Below, piece after piece: positions 42,402 through 50,291 of a stretch of 64,000 nucleotides of DNA. The notes beneath the pieces are model-generated. The model did no database searches. It was given only the letters and a program-made list of their open reading frames with translations, and was not told where the DNA came from. Source of the stretch: Terriglobia bacterium. GTDB lineage: Bacteria > Acidobacteriota > Terriglobia > 20CM-2-55-15. Position numbers and translations under genes: made by a program. Every line of letters begins with the position of its first letter. Position 1 is the stretch's first letter. Location of the stretch: positions 133,603 to 197,602 of the forward strand of contig CBDCLE010000019.1 of NCBI GenBank assembly GCA_965218585.1. Reading direction: 5' to 3'.

Positions 42402-44018
42402 ATGAGCAATGTCTTGAGCACAGAAAAGAGAGAACAAGTTGTTGCATTGGGGCGGCTTGGATGGCCGCTGCGTCGGATTGAACAGACCACTGGCGTTCGC
42501 CGTGAGACGGCCAGTGGGTATCTGAGAGCGGCCGGAATCCCCGTACGGCCGCCCGGTAGCTGGGGCCGGCGACCGGCAAAACCGGCCAACGAGGTGACCA
42601 CCGACCCGGACGGCGTAAGTGGTGTCGTTGAAAGGGTTGGCGATTCCGATATTTCAAAACCGGCCAACGAAGTGACCACCGACTCGGAGGCCGAGAATCC
42701 GGTCCCGGCAGAGTCGTCGAGCCCACCGTCGAGCAGTTCCTGCGAGCCGTACCGGGAGACGATCGAACAGGCGCTGGAGCGTGGCCGCAACGCGATGGCG
42801 ATCTGGCAGGACCTGGTTACGGATCATGGCTTTGCCAGCAGCTACGAAGCGGTCAAGCGGTTCGTTCGCAAACTCCGGGGCGTGCGGTCTCCCGTAGCGG
42901 TCGGCATCATCCAAACCGACCCTGGAGAAGAAGCCCAGGTCGACTACGGAACCGGACCCATGGTTCGGGATCCGAAGACCGGCAAGTACCGGCGGACCCG
43001 GCTGTTCGTGATGACGCTGGGCTACAGCCGCAAATCCGTGCGGTTGCTGAGCTTCAAATCCAGTTCCCTTATCTGGGCCCAGCTGCACGAGACCGCGTTC
43101 CGGCGCCTGGGTGGCAGTCCCCGTCTCATGATCCTGGACAACCTGCGCGAGGGTGTGATCGACCCGGAGTATTACGACCCCACGCTGAATCCGCTGTTCC
43201 GGGATGTGCTGGCTCACTACGGCGTGGTGGCCCTGCCATGCCGGGTGCGCGACCCAGACCGCAAAGGGAAAGTGGAGTCCGGGGTGGGACACGCCCAGAA
43301 GACCCCACTGAAGGGACAGCGCTTCGAGAGCCTCGAGGAGGCTCAGGCGTATCTGGACCGGTGGGCCGACACCCGCATCCACGGCACGACCAAGCGGCAG
43401 GTGGGGGCCATGTTCGCTGAAGAGAAGCCGTCGCTAAAGCGGCTGCCGATCGAACCCTTCCGCTACTACAAGTACGGGCAGCGTGTCGTCCATCTCGACG
43501 GTTGTGTGGAAGTCGAAGCGGCCTATTACGGTTTACCGCCCGGTTGGATCGGACGAACGGTCAAAGTGCAGTGGGACACTCTCCACGTCCGGATCCTCGA
43601 CCCGAACACCTATCAACTCCTGCGGGAGCATGTCCGTCAAAAACGCGGTGGATATCGTGTCCGCCCCGAAGACAATCCCAAAAAGACGCCCCTAACTACC
43701 GTGCAACTGCTCGCCCGCGCCCGCCGCGCCGGAACCCATATCGGCACGCTATGTGAGGGGATTCATCGCCGACAGGGGAAGGCTGCGGTCCGCCGCATCC
43801 TGGGTGTACTCTCCCTGGCCAAGAGGTACGGTGTGTCCGCCGTCGAGGATGCTTCGGCTGTGGCACTGGAACTCCACGTCTACGAGTATCGTTTCCTCCG
43901 CCGCTATCTGGAGCGGCGACCTCCACTCGCACTCCGTCAGGTCGATCCTCTCATTCGTGAACTGACCCAGTATCGCGATCTCATCAACCTCAAGATCCAG
44001 GAGCAGGAACAATCATGA
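42402..44018 (+). CDS. istA: IS21 transposase
   Basis: PGEEAQVDY, ILDNLREG, DRKGKVES (DDE), RIHGTT. Confidence 0.93.
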   Translation: MSNVLSTEKREQVVALGRLGWPLRRIEQTTGVRRETASGYLRAAGIPVRPPGSWGRRPAKPANEVTTDPDGVSGVVERVGDSDISKPANEVTTDSEAENPVPAESSSPPSSSSCEPYRETIEQALERGRNAMAIWQDLVTDHGFASSYEAVKRFVRKLRGVRSPVAVGIIQTDPGEEAQVDYGTGPMVRDPKTGKYRRTRLFVMTLGYSRKSVRLLSFKSSSLIWAQLHETAFRRLGGSPRLMILDNLREGVIDPEYYDPTLNPLFRDVLAHYGVVALPCRVRDPDRKGKVESGVGHAQKTPLKGQRFESLEEAQAYLDRWADTRIHGTTKRQVGAMFAEEKPSLKRLPIEPFRYYKYGQRVVHLDGCVEVEAAYYGLPPGWIGRTVKVQWDTLHVRILDPNTYQLLREHVRQKRGGYRVRPEDNPKKTPLTTVQLLARARRAGTHIGTLCEGIHRRQGKAAVRRILGVLSLAKRYGVSAVEDASAVALELHVYEYRFLRRYLERRPPLALRQVDPLIRELTQYRDLINLKIQEQEQS

Positions 44019-44770
44019 ATCTCATTGAACTCCAGCGGGCTCTCCGACAACTCCGTCTCGGCGGCATCGCCGAGGTCCTGGAAACACGACTCCACCAGGC
44101 CCAGACCGAACCCATGGCGCCGATCGATCTGGTCTCCCGCCTAGTCTCCGACGAACTGGACCGTCGCAGCATCCGACTGCTGGAACGCCGGCGGAAGCAA
44201 GCCCGGTTCCGCGATCCCCACAAGACGCTGGACAGCTTCGACTTCACTTTCAACAAGAAGATGAATCGCAGTCTGGTCTTCGATCTGGCCACGGCCGCAT
44301 TCATCTCCAGACACGAAGACGCCTTGTTTCTCGGTCCACCCGGCACCGGCAAGAGTCATCTGGCTCAGGCCATCGGTCTGGCCGCCATCGAGCAAGGCTA
44401 TCGGGTCGTCTACCGTGAAACCCATGCCCTTCTCGACGACATCGCCGAAGCCACCATCGACGGGACCCGTAAGGAGTTTATGGAGGCTCTGGCCACGGTC
44501 CCGTTGCTGATCATCGACGACCTGGGGATGCGGAAGCTCCCCCCGACTGCAGCAGAGGAACTTCTCGAGATCGTTATGCGACGGTATGAACGAACCAGCA
44601 CGTTACTGACATCGAATCGGCCCGTCGAAGACTGGGGCAAACTACTCGGCGACAGCGCGGCTGTGACTGCGATGCTGGATCGGTTGCTCCATCACGGCCA
44701 CATCCTCAAGTGCGGGCCTCGGAGTTGGCGCACCAAAACGGGCTTGCCGACTCCCCCACGAAAGGGGTAG
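44015..44770 (+). CDS. istB: IS21 helper ATPase
   Basis: GPPGTGKSHLA, LIIDDLG, TSNR, LDRLLHH. Confidence 0.95.
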   Translation: MNLIELQRALRQLRLGGIAEVLETRLHQAQTEPMAPIDLVSRLVSDELDRRSIRLLERRRKQARFRDPHKTLDSFDFTFNKKMNRSLVFDLATAAFISRHEDALFLGPPGTGKSHLAQAIGLAAIEQGYRVVYRETHALLDDIAEATIDGTRKEFMEALATVPLLIIDDLGMRKLPPTAAEELLEIVMRRYERTSTLLTSNRPVEDWGKLLGDSAAVTAMLDRLLHHGHILKCGPRSWRTKTGLPTPPRKG

Positions 44771-44896
44771 AACTACACCGTCCCGGGCCATGCCCGTTGG
44801 CCGGTTTTGAAGTGACCATCGTTGGCCGGTTTTCAAGTGACCACTGAGGTGGTTTTGTATGGCTAACTGGACGCTCAAAATGAGAAGGGATCCTAG

Positions 44897-45018
44897 CAGC
44901 CTGTCGGACTTTCGGCGTAAGTCCTTTGTTTTCAACGACGGCCCTTTTCAGCTCGAAACTGTAAACACAATCATATCAATGGCTTAGATTTTCGATTTGG
45001 TGTTAGTCCGACAGGCTG
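44897..45018. mobile_element. MITE 1 (122 bp), flanked by CTAG
   Basis: Perfect 14-bp IR CAGCCTGTCGGACT/AGTCCGACAGGCTG; CTAG at 44893 and 45019; IHF-consensus TATCAAtggcTTA at 44974-44986. Confidence 0.8.
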
Positions 45019-45022
45019 CTAG

Positions 45023-45130
45023 GAGTCTGCGCGGCAGAAGAAACCCGGCACTACATATCGACGCTAAGCGCTGTATACCAACAACATACAGTGGTCATAA
45101 TGGCCCAAAAACGTTCTGCCGCGCAGACTC
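45023..45130. mobile_element. MITE 2 (108 bp), flanked by CTAG
   Basis: Perfect 17-bp IR GAGTCTGCGCGGCAGAA/TTCTGCCGCGCAGACTC; CTAG at 45019 and 45131. Confidence 0.8.
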
Positions 45131-45532
45131 CTAGGAATCCTCTTTCAGGCCATAGAATTTCTTCGCGGCCTCTTCGGACACAAACTCACTCTCCTCGAAC
45201 TTCACAACCCGAGCGCCTGCCACCAAACCCTTAATACAAATTTCAATATGTCCGTTATCGTACTGAATGCCTAGACAGCGGGTCGGAAGAAACTTAGATG
45301 CTACCTTTGGCAAGAATGTACAGAACACGAATCCGCCAATTACCAAGTGAGAGTAAAACGAATCACCATTTGGCCTTCGCATTTTCATCACAAGACTCGT
45401 GGTTCGACGGTACACAACCATCTTTCCTATGAACTTCAGGAGTCGAAAGATGATCTTGACCAGACGCCAATCAGGATCGACATCCAAAACTTCAGTCCAA
45501 TCAAATTCCCGGCGAGTCCAGTCAAGATTCAT
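45131..45532 (-). CDS. Hypothetical protein (133 aa), visibly lower GC
   Basis: ATG ORF with a GGAAGG-like RBS in an AT-richer patch; no family recognised. Confidence 0.45.
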   Translation of the reverse strand: MNLDWTRREFDWTEVLDVDPDWRLVKIIFRLLKFIGKMVVYRRTTSLVMKMRRPNGDSFYSHLVIGGFVFCTFLPKVASKFLPTRCLGIQYDNGHIEICIKGLVAGARVVKFEESEFVSEEAAKKFYGLKEDS

Positions 45533-45664
45533 ATAACGAGTCTACCTTCCACTCACGGTTTGGTTGGGTTTGTATATAAGTGTCTAATCTTGCGATTGTG
45601 CAACCTGACGTATGGAAAGTGGAATTTTCGTTGATCAGTCATCCTGGCATTGCCATGTGATGTG

Positions 45665-45991
45665 ATCCGGTACACGTAGCGATTAGCCGAGGCTAGCATC
45701 GAGCCATTGCCTGGTAGCATCGGAGACTCGCATGACAACGCTCTGGCCGAATCGCTGATCGAGTTGTCCAGGACGGAATTTATTTGAGGAGCGGGCCCTT
45801 GGAAGGGGCTCGACAACGTGGTGTTCGCAATGCTGGATTGTGTTTGCGGTTACAACGGGAAACGATTGCTGGAGCCGATCGAACACATCCGTCCAGCGGA
45901 GTTTGAGCCACTGTATTATCAGAATCAGCCATCCGGCCTCATTGAGGCCGGACTCAACTAAAACCATCTCCGGAAAACCCGGGGCGGTTCA
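45665..45991 (+). mobile_element. Decayed IS3-family 3' end
   Basis: Degenerate GSIGDSHDNALAESL...GPWKGLDNV..., internal stops, terminal CCGGAAAACCCGGGGCGGTTCA. Confidence 0.8.
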
Positions 45992-46276
45992 GTCGTCCTC
46001 CTTGCCGTTGAGCCGTGAGACGCCCAACGAGCCTTTCGGGCGCCCGAGCTTCCTGCCCGAGGACCTGGCCTTGGCGAGGGCGTCGAGGACGGCAACGATC
46101 TAACCCAGCGACCGACCGAGTCGGCGGCGCTTTTCGGAAGCCTGTCCAGAGGCGGTCGCCTCGATGAAATCGTCGATGCGGAAGTCGTGTTTGCGTGCGT
46201 ACTCGAGGATGGCGAGGCGCTGGCTGTGGAGGTCCTGCTGCGCGGTCGAGACCCTCAAATAGGCAACGGTTTTCAC
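45992..46276 (-). pseudogene. Serine resolvase pseudogene with two internal deletions and a stop
   Basis: VKTVAYLRVSTAQQD...ASGQASEKRRR/LGRSLG*IVAVLDALA/KARSSGRKLGRPKG; 3' end cut by the IS3 end. Confidence 0.8.
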
Positions 46277-46619
46277 GGCCTGACCATGGAATACCGCTTC
46301 TCGTTTTTTTCTGACAGATACGAAACATGGAATGCGTCGCGTTCCATGCTACTGAACTGTTCGGTCAGAACGAGCGTTTGATGAGACGCCCTTCCGCCCC
46401 GGAGCCGACCGTGTGTTTTCTCGATTTTCCGGGTCTCAATAGACCGTCTCACAATTCATAGTCTCAGAAACTCAATTCCCGGACGCACCGATGAGCCAAG
46501 GCGAGCCAGACGAGGGAGGGACCTTGAATATGACATTTTTAAGTATAATCCTCGGGCCCTCGCCGCCCGAGGACGCGCCCAATGCGCAAGACAGCGGATC
46601 CTGGAACACTGTCATGATC

Positions 46620-47618
46620 ATGAAACATCAACTGCCTTATCTCCTGATTCCATTAACGCTGCTGGTCGTCGCGCCGGCTTCCGCTAGCCCGGTGGGCACC
46701 GAACCCCTGTCTTGCGCGGATCACTCCATCGTGGCCAGCGCCGTGCGCACAACGGAGGACGTTCAGGCGTTTGTTCAGTGCGCCTATGAGTATGTCCAGG
46801 AAATGGGGTTTGAAGAGGCCCGGCGGGCCTTCCACGAGGATGCGCGTTGGAAGGGCGGGGCCATCTATATCTTCGTCTCCGAAGCGACCCCGATGAGCGA
46901 TCAGGCGCGACTGTTCGTTTGGCCGCCCGCCCCGCCAAGGGTAGGATCCTCGCTAGGACTCCTTATCGACACCTTCGGCAACGACTACTACAAGGAACAG
47001 CATCGTATAGTCAGCCGCTTTGGTGAGGGCTGGCTCTATTACTCGTTCACAAACTTCGCGACGGGCCGGGATGAGCCGAAGGCTACCTACATCAAGGGCA
47101 TCGAGTGGGAGGGAAACCTGGCCGCGATCGGAGCGGGGGTCTACCGCCGCGACCTTCCCGGCACCTGCGAGCGCGAAGAGGTCCATGCCATGGGGCTTGA
47201 GGCCGCGCCTTCCGTTGAAAGGCTCGAGGTGTTTGTCCGCTGCGCGGCGATGGAGCTGGAATCGCAGGGGTACTTCGCGACCCGGTCCCTGTCCACCGAT
47301 CCGCGCTGGAATAGTGGTTCGATCTATGTGTTCGGCCTGGATACGTACGGCCACACACTGTTCAGCGGCGATCCCTACAGCCGGACGTATGGCGTCTTTT
47401 CCCGACCTTCCGAGTTGAACGCCCATCTGGACGGTCCCTTTGGCGGGCGGGATGTCGTGAGTGTCGGCGACGCCTTCGGTGAAACCTTCCTGTACTACAC
47501 GACACTCAATCCGGCCACCGGGATGCAGCAGCGCAAGGCGGCTTTCGTCAAGCGGGTCGTGGCCTATGGCGTGCCGATCCTGGTCGGCGCCGGCTATTAT
47601 CTGGCCGCGGGTCCGTAG
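46620..47618 (+). CDS. Exported protein with two tandem single-Cache domains and no signalling domain
   Basis: Signal peptide; twice-repeated FVxCA...RW..G.IY.F...G...LYY...N.ATG....K.......GAG.Y. Confidence 0.75.
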   Translation: MKHQLPYLLIPLTLLVVAPASASPVGTEPLSCADHSIVASAVRTTEDVQAFVQCAYEYVQEMGFEEARRAFHEDARWKGGAIYIFVSEATPMSDQARLFVWPPAPPRVGSSLGLLIDTFGNDYYKEQHRIVSRFGEGWLYYSFTNFATGRDEPKATYIKGIEWEGNLAAIGAGVYRRDLPGTCEREEVHAMGLEAAPSVERLEVFVRCAAMELESQGYFATRSLSTDPRWNSGSIYVFGLDTYGHTLFSGDPYSRTYGVFSRPSELNAHLDGPFGGRDVVSVGDAFGETFLYYTTLNPATGMQQRKAAFVKRVVAYGVPILVGAGYYLAAGP

Positions 47619-47639
47619 GCCGGCCGGGGAAAAGCGGCC

Positions 47640-47778
47640 CCTACATGGAAGGGGCTCAACGGCGTGGAGCTCGCCACGCTGGATTGGGTTTGCTGGTACA
47701 ACGAGAAACGATTGCTCGAGCCGATCGGCCTCGTTGCGTTCGGAGTCAGCTAAAACAGTCTCTGGAAAACCCGGTTCA
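47640..47778 (+). mobile_element. Second, shorter IS3-family 3'-end relic
   Basis: Homologous to ~45797-45991 (TGGAAGGGGCTC...GAGCCGATCG...GGAAAACCCGGTTCA). Confidence 0.72.
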
Positions 47779-47947
47779 CTCAAAGCCCTGGTCGTCAGCG
47801 ACGACACATCAAAGGTGGCTTCACTGATGACGCGAACCGCCATCCGGAGTTCCAACTAGGGGTCACCTCACGAAACGGAAAAAATCGTACGCTGATATGG
47901 ATTGACCCTGTCAAGCTTCCGTTACGTTTCTCGAATGCGCCTCCTTC

Positions 47948-48149
47948 AATGTGCTGGATTCAGGGCGCGGCCGGCATGATTCGCGACGGTGGATCACTCT
48001 GATATTCGTGGGTTGGCTACCACCTGACATCACTTCGTCGCGGAGCTGCCTCGGTCTAAGGACGTGGGTCGGTCTGGCTGAGCCAAGCCTCTCATAGCGT
48101 GCACGAGGATTCTCCTCACCGGCCTGCCACGCCCTGAATCCAACACATT
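47948..48149 (-). ncRNA. Predicted bridge/seek RNA of the IS110 element
   Basis: A 20-bp closing stem encloses two loops closed by CCUCG/CGAGG and CGCGACG/CGUCGCG, carrying segments that match target and donor sequences. Confidence 0.75.
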
Positions 48150-48301
48150 ACGTTTTTTGGGTCCAGCCTTGCTCCGGAAGCGCATGATGGCATTGCGCCC
48201 GGGGAGGCGTCGGAGGAGTTCTCCACACCTTGTCCATGGCACCGCGTGCTTCGAATACACGGCGGAGCAGTGGCAAGGTGTGGAGAACTCCGGCCCATCT
48301 C

Positions 48302-49432
48302 TCAGCTCCGCGCCCGCGTTGCATGGGCTCGGCCCATCACCTCGCAAGCAATCGCCCAGATGAACCCCACCAGCTCGCGGGCCACCGCGGTGGTGACCAC
48401 GCACTTCGCCTTGCCCGCGCTATACAGATGCCGGTACCGCGCACACAGCCGCTTCTGGGCTGCCCAGGCGATGGCCTGCACTGCTGGCGGCGCCGCACTC
48501 GCCTTGCATCTCAAGTGCCTGGTTTTGCGCGCAGGGAACCGGTAGCTCCAGGCCGATTCAACCAGCACGCGGCGCACGTGTCCATTGCCTGTTTTCGTGA
48601 TGGCTCCTTGGCGCCGCCGCGGCCCCGAGGAGTGCTCGCTCGGCACCAGCCCCAGAAAGCTCATCAACTCGCGCGGCGAATCAAAACGCGTCAGGTCCCC
48701 GAGTTCGGCCAGCACCGTCATGGCCGTGACCACATCCACCCCGCGCAACGCGATCAGCGCCTCGACCATCGGACGCAGCGACCACTGCTCCAACACCTCG
48801 CGCATCTGCCCTTCCAGGCCCGCCACGCGGCGGCGCGCCTCCATCACCGTATCGACGTATTCCTGAAACACCACCTGCTGTACCGGATGCTCGAACCGCT
48901 GCTCCTCCAGCCACCGAAAGTGCCGTTGCGTCCACCGGCTCTTGCCTTCCCGATACACTCGATCATGACGCAGCAGAAACGCCCCCAGTCGCTGCCGAGC
49001 CTTGGCCTCGATCGCCTTCATGTCCTCGCGCGCCCGCGTCAGGTCGCGCATCGCCTCCTGCTCCTCGTCGGGCACCCACACCGCCGTCAGCTCCCCCGAC
49101 CGATGCAGCCGCGCCAGCTTCACCGCGTCGCGCCGATCCGTCTTCACTCGCTCCCCCGCGCGCCGCGGGATCAGGCTCGGCGCGACCACCTCGCAATAGT
49201 GGCCGGTGTCGATGATCTCTCGATACACCCCATACCCGCACGGTCCCGCCTCGTAGCAGAAGCTCAACACCTCTGCGTGCGGACTCAGGCTGCGAATGAG
49301 TCGCAGCAGCGATTTGCGTTGATTCTTGATCTCGCCCCGGTACACCGGCGCCTCACGTCCGGGCAGCGCTACCGCCACCGCGATCGTGTCCTTGTGAACG
49401 TCCAGTCCAACGTATGCACTACACTTGTTCAT
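48302..49432 (-). CDS. IS110 DEDD recombinase (376 aa)
   Basis: VGLDVHK, CYEAGP, KTDRRDA (DEDD), GLVPSEHSSG (Tnp-domain Ser), ITKTGN, AVAREL. Confidence 0.95.
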   Translation of the reverse strand: MNKCSAYVGLDVHKDTIAVAVALPGREAPVYRGEIKNQRKSLLRLIRSLSPHAEVLSFCYEAGPCGYGVYREIIDTGHYCEVVAPSLIPRRAGERVKTDRRDAVKLARLHRSGELTAVWVPDEEQEAMRDLTRAREDMKAIEAKARQRLGAFLLRHDRVYREGKSRWTQRHFRWLEEQRFEHPVQQVVFQEYVDTVMEARRRVAGLEGQMREVLEQWSLRPMVEALIALRGVDVVTAMTVLAELGDLTRFDSPRELMSFLGLVPSEHSSGPRRRQGAITKTGNGHVRRVLVESAWSYRFPARKTRHLRCKASAAPPAVQAIAWAAQKRLCARYRHLYSAGKAKCVVTTAVARELVGFIWAIACEVMGRAHATRARS

Positions 49433-49589
49433 GACCTGCCCTCCTCGTTGTGGCTCTGTGTCGAAGGTTCCTCGCCCCGCAACATAACCCACGCGTACGA
49501 GGCCAGGGCAGGTCAATCCATGGTGTCTAAGAGCCATCCGAATGGCCGCTCGTGGCCGACAACAGCCCTTTTCCCCGCATTATCTTGCT

Positions 49590-49712
49590 CTGTCCAGTTG
49601 AGGCATACCCTAGCTTAACGTCAGGGACGGTGCGCTGAAGCGTCAGAATAGAGTTCTAATTTGGATTGATGGACACATCCCGTCCAGGGTTATAGAGTTC
49701 TTCCTGACAGAC
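49590..49712 (+). promoter_or_regulatory. res site of the Tn3-family transposon
   Basis: GTTGAGGCATACCCTA and CGTCAGAATAGAGT resemble Tn21-type res subsites; directly upstream of tnpR. Confidence 0.7.
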
Positions 49713-49730
49713 TGGATTCAGGAGAACACC

Positions 49731-50291
49731 ATGCACGGTCACCGTATCGGCTACGTCCGGGTGAGCAGTTTCGACCAGAACCCGGAACGCCAACTCGAGC
49801 ATGTCCCGGTCGATCGGCTCTTTACCGACAAGGCTTCGGGTAAAGACACGCAGCGTCCGGAACTGGAAAGGTTGCTCGCCTTTGCGCGCGAGGGCGACAC
49901 AGTGGTGGTGCATAGCATGGACCGGCTGGCGCGCAACCTGGACAACCTGCGGCTCATCGTGCAGAAGCTTACCAAGCGCGGCGTGCGCATCGAGTTCGTC
50001 AATGAAAGTCTGACCTTCACCGGTGAGGACTCGCCGCTGGCGAACTTGATGCTGTCGGTCATGGGGGCCTTCGCCGAATTCGAGCGGGCCTTGATCCGCG
50101 AACGTCAACGCGAGGGCATCGCCCTTGCCAAGCAGCGTGGGGCCTATCGGGGCCACAAGAAATCGCTATCGCTGGAGCAGGCGGCCCAGCTACGCCAGCG
50201 GGTGCAGGCTGGAGAGCGGAAGGCCCCCCTGGCCCGCGAGTTTGGCATCAGTCGAGAAACCCTCTATCAATACCTGCGCACAGAAGACTGA
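49731..50291 (+). CDS. tnpR: Tn21-like resolvase
   Basis: [41 protein letters not shown]-terminal HTH; 186 aa. Confidence 0.95.
   Translation: MHGHRIGYVRVSSFDQNPERQLEHVPVDRLFTDKASGKDTQRPELERLLAFAREGDTVVVHSMDRLARNLDNLRLIVQKLTKRGVRIEFVNESLTFTGEDSPLANLMLSVMGAFAEFERALIRERQREGIALAKQRGAYRGHKKSLSLEQAAQLRQRVQAGERKAPLAREFGISRETLYQYLRTED

Larger units (their letters stand above)
42302..44849 (+). mobile_element. IS21-family element (istA-istB), no target duplication
   Basis: Ends CCTCGGCGGTCACCCAAAACCGGCCAA and (rc) CCTCAGTGGTCACTTGAAAACCGGCCAA, each with tandem repeat units. Confidence 0.88.
47894..49526 (-). mobile_element. Complete IS110-family (IS1111-type) element inserted in the Tn3 IR
   Basis: CT core on both sides (47892-47893, 49527-49528); subterminal IRs ATGGATTGACC/GGTCAATCCAT; long non-coding region downstream of the ORF. 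Confidence 0.9.

Noticed and set aside
42302-42683. Repeated AAAACCGGCCAA units as a CRISPR array
   Set aside because: Irregular spacing and no cas genes; explained as IS21 end motifs
45022-45068. Possible 47-bp Tn3-type IR ending ACGCTAAG
   Set aside because: Its start is the left IR of MITE 2 and it lacks GGGG; at most an unoccupied ACGCTAAG look-alike of the IS110 target
48230-49618. 462-aa plus-strand ORF, and other long antisense ORFs in the track
   Set aside because: Shadow frames of high-GC genes on the opposite strand; no recognisable motifs
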